Made by a program: the position numbers and the translations under genes
Source: Bacillota bacterium
Lineage (GTDB): Bacteria > Bacillota > Limnochordia > Darwinibacteriales > Darwinibacteriaceae
Direction of reading: 5' to 3'
Assembly: GCA_012521295.1 (NCBI GenBank)
Contig: JAAYMS010000160.1
Location: 20,092 to 84,091 of the forward strand
Length of the DNA stretch: 64,000 bases
Notes under the pieces: model-generated
Database searches by the model: none
The model's input: only the letters and a program-made list of their open reading frames with translations
What the model was told of the DNA's origin: nothing
Shown: one piece after another, positions 9,411 through 17,860 of the stretch
How the letters are laid out: every line of letters begins with the position of its first letter
Position numbering within the stretch: position 1 is the stretch's first letter

Positions 9411-10079
9411 CTACTCCTTTCTGTAACTCCACAACTCCATCTTGCTGGTCGAGACGGCCACCACTGGCGGCCGCAGTATCATCTGAAGCTCTTCGGCGGT
9501 CTCGACTAACCCGCCAGCAATGATCGGCGGCAGCTTCTTGGGCAGCCGGCCCGCAATATGAGGCATGATGGGCGCGGGTAGAAGCTCCACCGCATCGGGG
9601 TTCGAGGTCTGCAGCATCTTTAGGCCGGTCTGCAGAGCCTCTGAGTCCAGCATAAACAGCCGCTGGATCCCGAGAAGCCCAGCTTTCTGAGCTGCCGTGA
9701 TGAGATGTGAGCGGGTAGTCAAGATGCCATCAACCTGCACTTCATCGGCGAGAACCATCATGCCGTGACTGTCTTTGGCAATTCCGTTGATTAAATCTAC
9801 ATGGGCAAAGATCAACTGCCCATTTTCATGACAGAGCTTGGTTACTTCCCGCAGCTCGAAAATATTCCCTGTTAAGTAAAAGCAGGCCCGAATACCCTCT
9901 TCGGCAGCGCGCTGCACATATTCTATACCCTTCAAGCCCGCGATCACCGGTTTCTTGGCGGTCGCGGCCCGAAACTTCAGTAGTGTATCACTGCGCCTGC
10001 GTTCAGTCGTGCTCAATTGCCCAACCCCTAGATCTTTCCACGGCTCGAAGCCAGCCTTCATAGAGTCTGCGGCGCTCAT
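9411..10079 (-). CDS. glpP: Glycerol-3-phosphate-responsive antiterminator GlpP
   Basis: Colinear with B. subtilis GlpP ([36 protein letters not shown]). The start is uncertain: ATG 10079 with GGAGG, ATG 10061 or TTG 10016. All of them overlap the 3' end of glpK. Confidence 0.65.
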   Translation of the reverse strand: MSAADSMKAGFEPWKDLGVGQLSTTERRRSDTLLKFRAATAKKPVIAGLKGIEYVQRAAEEGIRACFYLTGNIFELREVTKLCHENGQLIFAHVDLINGIAKDSHGMMVLADEVQVDGILTTRSHLITAAQKAGLLGIQRLFMLDSEALQTGLKMLQTSNPDAVELLPAPIMPHIAGRLPKKLPPIIAGGLVETAEELQMILRPPVVAVSTSKMELWSYRKE

Positions 10080-11508
10080 CAGCCTCCATCCGAGGACTAT
10101 ACTCCTGATCACAGCGCCAGCTGTTGGCAATCGCCTCTTGATCAGGCCAAACGCCCACTGCCAATCCGGCAAGATAGGCTGCACCTAGAGCTGTGGTCTC
10201 GAAAATTTTTGGACGGCAAACCTTAGTACCAGTTTGATCAGCCAAGAACTGACAGAGGAAGTTATTTACTGAAGCCCCTCCATCGACAGTCATTTCGACA
10301 ATTGGAATATTTGAATCTTGGGCCATCAATTCTACCACATCTCGTGTTTGGTAGGCAATAGCTTCCAGGGCGGCCCGAGCCAGGTGCGCCCGATTGGATC
10401 CCCGAGTAAGGCCTAAGATGGTTCCCCTTGCATACGGATCCCAGTATGGTGCGCCCAAGCCCACAAAGGCAGGTACCAGGTATACCCCATTGTTATCGTC
10501 TACAGATAAAGCAAGTTTTTCAGTTTCCGCTGCGTTCTGGATGATCCCAAGTTCATCTCGCAGCCACTGGACAGATGCTCCAGCCACAAAAACGCTGCCT
10601 TCCAAGGCATATTCCACCTTGCCGTTCAGCCCCCAGGCAATAGTTGTAAGAAGCCCCTGTTTCGAGGGAACTAGTTTATCGCCAGTATTCATCAGTATGA
10701 AGGCACCGGTTCCGAAAGTCGCCTTCACCATCCCAGGATTAAAGCATGCTTGCCCAAAGAGTGCAGCCTGTTGGTCTCCGGCTGCACCGGCAACCGGGAT
10801 TCCGGCGGGCAGCTTTCCGAAAGCAGCGGTATGACCATAAATCTCACTCGAGGACCGAACCTCCGGCAGCATCTCCCGGGGTATTGTAAGAATGTCTAAG
10901 AGTTCATTATCCCATTCAAGGGTAGAAATATTAAACAGAAGTGTGCGAGAAGCGTTGGAATAATCAGTAGCATGCACCTTCCCGCCAGTAAGGTTGTAGA
11001 TCAACCAAGAATCAATGGTTCCAAAGGCTAATTCGCCGCGTTCTGCACGAGCTCGCAGGTTCGGATCACTATCTAAGAGCCACTTAAGTTTGGTACCGGA
11101 GAAGTACGCATCTAGGACTAAGCCGGTTTTTTCCTGGAAGATAGGTGTCAGGCCTTCAGCCATCATCTGATCGCACATCGGCGCTGTCCGCCGGCACTGC
11201 CATACAATAGCAGGTGCCACGGGCTTTCCGGTCTCTCGTTCCCAAACAACAACGGTTTCGCGCTGGTTGGTAATGCCGATGGCAGCAATCTTCTTCGGAT
11301 CCACAGCCGTAAGGGCAATAATCTCATCAATTAGTTCTAAACAGCTCTCCCAGATCTCTACTGCATCGTGTTCAACCCAGCCGGGGTAGGGATAATACTG
11401 CTTGAATCCTTTATAGACTCGGCCATAGACTTGGCTTTTCGAATCAAAAAGCATCACAGTAGTGCCGGTAGTGCCTTGATCAACTGCTAGTACGAAATTT
11501 TCACTCAT
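10003..11508 (-). CDS. glpK: Glycerol kinase
   Basis: 501 aa. N-terminal [11 protein letters not shown] of the FGGY family, full-length colinearity with GlpK, and an RBS GGGGG upstream of the ATG. Confidence 0.9.
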   Translation of the reverse strand: MSENFVLAVDQGTTGTTVMLFDSKSQVYGRVYKGFKQYYPYPGWVEHDAVEIWESCLELIDEIIALTAVDPKKIAAIGITNQRETVVVWERETGKPVAPAIVWQCRRTAPMCDQMMAEGLTPIFQEKTGLVLDAYFSGTKLKWLLDSDPNLRARAERGELAFGTIDSWLIYNLTGGKVHATDYSNASRTLLFNISTLEWDNELLDILTIPREMLPEVRSSSEIYGHTAAFGKLPAGIPVAGAAGDQQAALFGQACFNPGMVKATFGTGAFILMNTGDKLVPSKQGLLTTIAWGLNGKVEYALEGSVFVAGASVQWLRDELGIIQNAAETEKLALSVDDNNGVYLVPAFVGLGAPYWDPYARGTILGLTRGSNRAHLARAALEAIAYQTRDVVELMAQDSNIPIVEMTVDGGASVNNFLCQFLADQTGTKVCRPKIFETTALGAAYLAGLAVGVWPDQEAIANSWRCDQEYSPRMEADERRRLYEGWLRAVERSRGWAIEHD

Positions 11509-11543
11509 TTTTTACGCCCCCTTCTGCATTAAAAAAGACTTCT

Positions 11544-12104
11544 TCAGAAGGTATTGGTTTCCTGCATGAATCCAAGCTCTGTCAGGACGTAATCTACCGG
11601 GATATCCCATGGATCTTTCGGCAGTCCCCGGACAAACTGGCTGTAGCAGACCCCCACCGTCACGCCTTGTGTTTTGGGTAGAAAACGGTCATAATATCCG
11701 CCTCCAAATCCGATGCGGTAACCTTCTGGAGAAAAAGCTAAGCCCGGCACGATAATCAGATCCAGCTGAGCCGGATCTACCTCCGGGCTATCCTGCGGTT
11801 CTTCCATACCAAAAGGTGCTTTGACCAACTTTGTCTCTGGCGTCAACAGAGTAGGAATCAACTTCCGGCCCGGCTTGGTGACGGGCACATAGACATTCTT
11901 GCCATCCGTCCACATTTGGCGGACCAAAGGCCAGGTATTGATTTCCCAACTAAAGGCCAGGTAAGTCATGCAATTCAGTGCATCTTGATAAAGCCTTGAA
12001 CGGGTTAAGTGCTCCCAGAGTGCTGCATCGTACTTCTCTCGTTCAGCTTGAGAAACAGCCCGGCGCTCAGCCTTGAGCGCCCGGCGCAGGTCATCCTTGG
12101 TCAC
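11544..12104 (-). CDS. 5-formyltetrahydrofolate cyclo-ligase
   Basis: 186 aa with the family signature GFGGGYYDRFL and the correct size. Confidence 0.75.
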   Translation of the reverse strand: MTKDDLRRALKAERRAVSQAEREKYDAALWEHLTRSRLYQDALNCMTYLAFSWEINTWPLVRQMWTDGKNVYVPVTKPGRKLIPTLLTPETKLVKAPFGMEEPQDSPEVDPAQLDLIIVPGLAFSPEGYRIGFGGGYYDRFLPKTQGVTVGVCYSQFVRGLPKDPWDIPVDYVLTELGFMQETNTF

Positions 12105-13401
12105 TTTCGTTGTCCTCCCCGTGCGGCCAAAGAATAGAAACCGACACCTTCCCTAGATCTAGGTAATCATTGGCCGCCTGTCTCACATCATCCACAGTAA
12201 GCGATTGAAGTACGTTCAAGTACTTCAGATAGGGAGTCTGGTTGAAATGGTGGATGATGTAGCTGTTGGCCACATATTCGAGAGAATCAAAAGCTGCAAT
12301 AAAGCCCCCATAAAGCTGACGCTTAATTCGCTCGACATCTGCCTCAGAGATTGGGCCTTTCTGCACCTCCTGTACAATTTGCTTAATCTCTTCTACTAAA
12401 CGCCGCGGATCATCGGTCTCGGATGTTACCAGAGAATAGCTGTACTGCGGCGTACCGGCGAAGCTAGCACCGAAGGAATCGTCGATCAAGCCCTCATTGT
12501 ACAATCGCTCGAAATACGGTGAGCTTCTGGCAGCAATTAGGCGCCAGACAATACCCATGACAAGCTGGCGGCGCAGGTTTTCATGCCCGTCTTCAACTGG
12601 TGTATTCTTAAAACCAATCGCGCACCGAGGGCGGGAAATGCTGAGCCGGTCTTCCACCCATTCTTGGTGCACAGTCTCTGGTTCTTCGGGGAACACTCTG
12701 CTGCCCACTGGCTGTGACTTGCCGTTCGAGTCGGGGAAATGCTCCTTCACTACCCGCAGGGCTTGGTCAGGGTCAACGTCACCCGCAACAAATAGTACCA
12801 TATTCGCCGCTTGATAGAAAGTACGATAGCACTTCATAAGCCAGTCGACTGTGATCGAGTTAACGGAGGCTGGGGTCCCGCCGATATCAATTCGAATGGG
12901 ATGCTGGTGATATAGGGCATTGAGAAGATTCTTGTGAAGCCGGCGTTCCGGATGGTCTTCATACATCCGCAGCTCCTGCACAATAATCCCCTTCTCCTTC
13001 TCCACATTCTCATCTGTGAGATACGGATGCATCACAAAGTCAACCAACTGGCCCAGCGCCTCGTAAACATGATCCACGGTAGAAAACAAGTAGGCAGTCT
13101 GTGTATAGCTGGTAAAGGCATTTACTGAAGCGCCCCACTGTGCGAAACGGTCGAAGACATTGCCATCTTCTTCTTCGAACAGCTTATGCTCTAAGAAATG
13201 AGCAATACCATCAGGTACTTCCACAACACCTTTACCTGGAACTTCGAACTTCGAGTCCAGAGAACCGTAGTTAGTCGACAGGATGGCATATTTCTTGACA
13301 AAGCCGGGCTTCGGTAGAATGGCGTAATGAAGGCCGTTGGGCAAATACCCAGTAAACAGCTCTTCACCTGTGGGAATCTTGATTCTTTCCACCTCTGTCA
13401 C
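12091..13401 (-). CDS. M16 family zinc metallopeptidase (insulinase-like), catalytic subunit
   Basis: 436 aa with the inverted zinc-binding motif HFLEHKLFE (HxxEH) near the N-terminus. It overlaps the upstream paralog by 4 nt. Confidence 0.75.
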   Translation of the reverse strand: MTEVERIKIPTGEELFTGYLPNGLHYAILPKPGFVKKYAILSTNYGSLDSKFEVPGKGVVEVPDGIAHFLEHKLFEEEDGNVFDRFAQWGASVNAFTSYTQTAYLFSTVDHVYEALGQLVDFVMHPYLTDENVEKEKGIIVQELRMYEDHPERRLHKNLLNALYHQHPIRIDIGGTPASVNSITVDWLMKCYRTFYQAANMVLFVAGDVDPDQALRVVKEHFPDSNGKSQPVGSRVFPEEPETVHQEWVEDRLSISRPRCAIGFKNTPVEDGHENLRRQLVMGIVWRLIAARSSPYFERLYNEGLIDDSFGASFAGTPQYSYSLVTSETDDPRRLVEEIKQIVQEVQKGPISEADVERIKRQLYGGFIAAFDSLEYVANSYIIHHFNQTPYLKYLNVLQSLTVDDVRQAANDYLDLGKVSVSILWPHGEDNESDQG

Positions 13402-14690
13402 TCCTTCCCCGCGATGCCCTTTAGGACATAGATCGTGTCGATCTTAAGTCCTTGGGCAGCCTGGCGAACTTGTTCCGCGGTTACACTCTGGATGGCTTCT
13501 AAGACATCGTCGAAACTGCGCATCTCGCCATTGACTAAGCCAATCAGATTCCGGTCAATTACCGAGGGAGGATCATCAGCCATAGAGACAATACTGCTGC
13601 AGAGCCCGGTCTTTGTCTGCTCGATTTCCTCAGGCGTTATCTCACCATTTTGAAGCGCACTCACCTGTTCCTTGATTATTTGGACCGTCTGATCGATCGC
13701 AGCGGCATCAATACCGGCGTTAATGGTCAAGACCCCTTTGGTACCTTCCACAAAGGAACTGACATAGTAGGCGAGACTTGCCCGTTCCCGTACATTTACA
13801 AACAGCTTAGAATGAGGGAAGGCCCCCAAGATCCCGTTGCAGACCAGCAGGCCGTAGTAATTCGGGTCGAGGTAGCGCTGACTAGTTCGATAGGTCATCA
13901 CTAAGACCGACTGCTGCGCAGGCATTTCTTCTACGTGAAAGCGCTCTTCGGTCACGTCTCGGGTTGTGATGGGCCGCAGCTCTGCGGCTTCTCCGCGCGG
14001 GAACTCGAGCCGAGCGATCTCATTGGCCAAGAGATCGAGATTGCGCCCCACAAGAAAAATATCGATAGGGCGGTGCATCAGGAGGCTCTGATAATACTTA
14101 TACTCCTCATGGTTGTCTAGCTCTGCGATCTCCGACACACTGCCGTAGCGGTAAACGCCATAGGGTTCGTCAGGACACATCAACTCCACAGCTCTGGCCA
14201 AAGCATACGCGCGTTTATTGTTAACAAGGCCTTCCACTTCCCGGCGCAGGTTCAGCTTTTCTTGTTCAAAGTATTCCTGCACAAAAGCTCCATCTTCTGT
14301 CACTGGATTAGTGGCAATGTCCCAGAACGTTTCAAGCCCCCGCTTCCAGTTTTCTTCGCCATCCGGCAGAAGGCTGGGATCGACCATGTCGAAAAAGAAT
14401 TCTAATAGCTGCCGCTCGCCAATTTTTAGAACATCAGAACTGAAGCTTGCGGCATGCAGATACTCCAGCTCCCGCGCGATCTGGCGAGTTGTGGGGAATT
14501 TCTGCGACCCCCGCTTAACCAGCGCTGGAATGAGGGCGGTGGCAGCAGCAGTGTCGCGGGCCAAATCCTGCTGAACTATCATCTTGCAGGTGACCGTGTT
14601 GAACTTATCTGTCTCGCAGAGGTGCAGGCGCACCCCTGAACCCAAGTTGCAGTGTGTAAAGTCCAAAGCTATTCCTCCCATCTCAAACAA
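13398..14690 (-). CDS. M16 family peptidase homolog, probable non-catalytic partner
   Basis: 430 aa with M16 fold similarity but no HxxEH motif. It pairs with the catalytic M16 gene downstream. Confidence 0.6.
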   Translation of the reverse strand: MFEMGGIALDFTHCNLGSGVRLHLCETDKFNTVTCKMIVQQDLARDTAAATALIPALVKRGSQKFPTTRQIARELEYLHAASFSSDVLKIGERQLLEFFFDMVDPSLLPDGEENWKRGLETFWDIATNPVTEDGAFVQEYFEQEKLNLRREVEGLVNNKRAYALARAVELMCPDEPYGVYRYGSVSEIAELDNHEEYKYYQSLLMHRPIDIFLVGRNLDLLANEIARLEFPRGEAAELRPITTRDVTEERFHVEEMPAQQSVLVMTYRTSQRYLDPNYYGLLVCNGILGAFPHSKLFVNVRERASLAYYVSSFVEGTKGVLTINAGIDAAAIDQTVQIIKEQVSALQNGEITPEEIEQTKTGLCSSIVSMADDPPSVIDRNLIGLVNGEMRSFDDVLEAIQSVTAEQVRQAAQGLKIDTIYVLKGIAGKE

Positions 14691-17600
14691 TCAGTGCAGC
14701 CTGTTGCTGAGGGAAAGGCACTCGGCCCCACTTGCTCTCCGGCAATAATCTGCCTGCAGGCGGTGGCAATCTCGGTTTCAATCGCTCTCAAGTCCAGCTC
14801 GGCACCTTGGAGAGCAAAGACTTGGTTGGGAATCAAGAAATAGGCCTGCGAGCGCGTTACTGGACGGTCAAACAACTTGGCCATTGCCCAAGCGTAAGTA
14901 CGCAGCTGCCAGCGATACTTTTCACCCTCTGACTCAACCTGCTCCGGTGCAATCCAGTTAGACTTGAAGTCCACTATTTCTAGCCCCGCGTCATCAACAA
15001 ACACCTGGTCCACAGTCCCGTTAATCACAAAGTGAGTACCCGAGCCATCTAACGGCAGTGTAAAATCATATTCGCGGTAGAACTCGCCTCCCGCCCGGGC
15101 CCTGTGAAAGAATGGGCTCTCAAGATAAGGCCGCACAATCCGTTCGATGTCATGACGCTGGCTCGGTGTAAGATCTACTCCTTCTGAGGCGGCAGCAAAC
15201 TCGATCAGTTCATCCAGTTCGTGGGGGTGCGTGATCCGTTCACAGACTCTGTGGACAATGTTTCCTCTCTGGATAGCTGTGAGAGAAGTGGCCCTGCCGC
15301 TGGCTGCTTGCTTCTTCGGACCTCTCAATTGCTCAGGAATCCCTAGAATATAGCGCAGGTAGTAGCATCGCGGGCAGCGGTCGTAAACCATCAGAGCTGT
15401 AACCGAAAAACTTACCTGCGAATAGCTGGGGGCTAATGGCGGTAGAGGTTCTAGGGGCCGTGCTACCGCCGCAGCCAGCTGTGCCTCAGCGTCAAGAACC
15501 TCAGGCACAAACAGCGGCAGCTGTTCCTGTCGAGGCTCGCCTTTCAACAGCGGAACCCGATCGTACAAAGTGCTGGGCACACTGGGCAGTATGCCGCAGA
15601 TCCACTCCCACCAACTCCCACTGCTGGACGCACCGTCAATGCCACAGATGTACAGTTCTTCTTCAGCTCGAGTGACCGCCACATAAAGCAAGCGGCGCGC
15701 TTCACTGAGCTCCTCCAACGTGTTACGTTCTTCGACGGTGTTATAGAGCTCTGTACCCTTATAAGCTAAACCGATCTTGGGGTGGTAAAGAACCAAATCG
15801 CCTCTGTTTCTAGTTAAACGCCCATTGGTGTCAGGAACAAATACCACCGGAAACTCCAGCCCTTTAGCACCGTGCACCGTACGGATCGTAACGACATCGG
15901 CGTATTCTGCATCCAGCTGGGCCTCGCTCTCATCATCGCTGCGGCTCCGGACGGCTGCAATATACTGCAGTTGATCTGCACAAGAAACATGGCCCCGCAC
16001 TAGTAGATCCCAGCTCTGCTGCAGGAGTTTCTGCACATTAGCAGCCTTCTGCTCACCGAAAGGTTCGCAGGCAATTGTATTAATATAGTCTGTCCTCTCC
16101 AGCATTTCCTGCATCACATAAGGAGCAGGCTTAGTTCTGACAAGTTCTGCTAAAACAGCACGATCGGCTTCTGCTTTAAGCACCATGCACCGGTCTTGCT
16201 CAGACATCGATTCCCGGCTGCCCTGCTGTTCCCAGAACAGCCCGTCATCAGAGACCTTGTAAAAAGGCGAGCGCAGCACCGCCAGCTTAGCGACATTATC
16301 GCCTTCATCTTCTAACCAAGCGAAGTAATTGAGGATGTCCTGCACCTCTTGACGGGAATAAAAACCCCGGCCGCTTAAGTTTACATATGGAACCCCGGCG
16401 GCCTGTAGAGCCCGCTCATAGCTGCGCATATTAGTCCTAGTGCGAAACAGGAGAGAGATATCTTTGTAGTTATAGCTGCCAGAACCGACCAAAGCTTGAA
16501 TCTGCAGGGCGATTTGCTCTGCTTCGAGCTGTCGCGCTTCTTCGAGACTTAGATCTTCTACCTCAGTGACCAAAAGATGCACCATAGGTTTGCCTGTGCT
16601 CTCTCGGCGAGGATTGCTCGGTGTATAGCCAATCGGATCTTCCTTCATGAGCTCTTTGAAAAACTCATTGGTAAACTCGATAATCTCAGAACGAGAACGG
16701 AAGTTGTCACCTAAGGGAATGACTCTGCCAGACTCCTCAATAGCCTGATGTGTCTCCATAAAGACTTCAACCTCGGCTCCCCGGAAACGGTAGATCGATT
16801 GCTTCGGGTCTCCTACCACAAACAGCTTGGCTCCCTCACTACATAACGAGTCGACAATTTGCTTCTGCAGGGGATTAGTGTCTTGGAACTCGTCCACCAT
16901 AATATGGCGGAAATCATAGCTCTTAACCACCTCTGAGTTAGCTAGCAAACGAGCAGCCAGAAGTTCGAGGTCGTTAAAGTCTAATAGCCCATTCTTTTTC
17001 TTTAATTGAGAAAACCTTTTGTGGACTTCCGCCAAGATTTCACCGATCTGCTTTAGGACAACACTACCCTGCCGCTCCCGCAGGACCTGCCTCACACCCT
17101 TAATCCGCTCGCGGACAGGTTCCACTACCACTTTCAGCTTACCCCAGTTTCCGCCAAGAAAACCCTCCAAAGACTCCAGACCGTCTTCAATAAAGACCTC
17201 ATCCATGCTGGTCAGATCGAGCTTTATTGCGGGCCAGCGTTCCTTTAGTTCCGAAAGCACCTCTAGTTTGTTTTGCGTAGGTTTATAGCCATATACCTCA
17301 ACAAGGAACTCCTCAACTGTCCAACAGAGCTCTTGTACTTCACCACACACATCGGGAATCGGATGATCCTGGTCAAAGTTGAGGTCGCCCCGGCCGAGCA
17401 TCTGCCTATAAATCTCATAAATGAGGTCAACTGCCTCAGAAGACGTGCGGAACTCTTCGTCAAGCTCGCAAATTGAGAGGACATCACTGATCACCCGCGC
17501 TAACAGAGCATCTGCCTCCCACTCTTCCGCTACCCGGCAGCGGGGATCAATGCCTGCCTCACGGGGATGCTCGAAGACAATGCGTTGGCAGAGGCTGTGA

Positions 17601-17860
17601 ATGGTGGAGATCTGCGCCGACTCAACCAGGTCCTGCAGTTCGGGCAGGGCTTGCCGAATTCTGTCTTTCATTTCTTGCGCCGCCTTTTTAGTAAATGTGA
17701 TGGCAGCGATCTGGTCAACTGTGAAACCTTCGTTGAGCAGATGAATGTAGCGCTCTACTAAGACCTTGGTCTTGCCCGATCCTGCGCCTGCTGTTACAGC
17801 CGTGTCTTTTTCAATACTGCGAATGGCCTTCAGCTGCTGATCAGTTGGCTTAAAACTCAC
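14669..17860 (-). CDS. addA: UvrD/Rep-family helicase-nuclease, AddA-like subunit (ATP-dependent helicase with a C-terminal RecB-type nuclease)
   Basis: 1063 aa. Walker A TAGAGSGKTKVL, UvrD helicase motifs (DEFQDTNPLQ, VGDPKQSIYRFRGA), and a C-terminal PD-(D/E)xK module (GTVDQVFVDDAGLEIVDFKS) flanked by CPRC and CTDC pairs. Confidence 0.75.
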   Translation of the reverse strand: MSFKPTDQQLKAIRSIEKDTAVTAGAGSGKTKVLVERYIHLLNEGFTVDQIAAITFTKKAAQEMKDRIRQALPELQDLVESAQISTIHSLCQRIVFEHPREAGIDPRCRVAEEWEADALLARVISDVLSICELDEEFRTSSEAVDLIYEIYRQMLGRGDLNFDQDHPIPDVCGEVQELCWTVEEFLVEVYGYKPTQNKLEVLSELKERWPAIKLDLTSMDEVFIEDGLESLEGFLGGNWGKLKVVVEPVRERIKGVRQVLRERQGSVVLKQIGEILAEVHKRFSQLKKKNGLLDFNDLELLAARLLANSEVVKSYDFRHIMVDEFQDTNPLQKQIVDSLCSEGAKLFVVGDPKQSIYRFRGAEVEVFMETHQAIEESGRVIPLGDNFRSRSEIIEFTNEFFKELMKEDPIGYTPSNPRRESTGKPMVHLLVTEVEDLSLEEARQLEAEQIALQIQALVGSGSYNYKDISLLFRTRTNMRSYERALQAAGVPYVNLSGRGFYSRQEVQDILNYFAWLEDEGDNVAKLAVLRSPFYKVSDDGLFWEQQGSRESMSEQDRCMVLKAEADRAVLAELVRTKPAPYVMQEMLERTDYINTIACEPFGEQKAANVQKLLQQSWDLLVRGHVSCADQLQYIAAVRSRSDDESEAQLDAEYADVVTIRTVHGAKGLEFPVVFVPDTNGRLTRNRGDLVLYHPKIGLAYKGTELYNTVEERNTLEELSEARRLLYVAVTRAEEELYICGIDGASSSGSWWEWICGILPSVPSTLYDRVPLLKGEPRQEQLPLFVPEVLDAEAQLAAAVARPLEPLPPLAPSYSQVSFSVTALMVYDRCPRCYYLRYILGIPEQLRGPKKQAASGRATSLTAIQRGNIVHRVCERITHPHELDELIEFAAASEGVDLTPSQRHDIERIVRPYLESPFFHRARAGGEFYREYDFTLPLDGSGTHFVINGTVDQVFVDDAGLEIVDFKSNWIAPEQVESEGEKYRWQLRTYAWAMAKLFDRPVTRSQAYFLIPNQVFALQGAELDLRAIETEIATACRQIIAGEQVGPSAFPSATGCTDCLRWEE

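Noticed and set aside
9406-10184. Full 257-aa GlpP ORF starting at 10184
   Set aside because: This would overlap glpK by 180 nt. Alignment with B. subtilis GlpP indicates the conserved core starts about 80 residues later, so an internal start was chosen.
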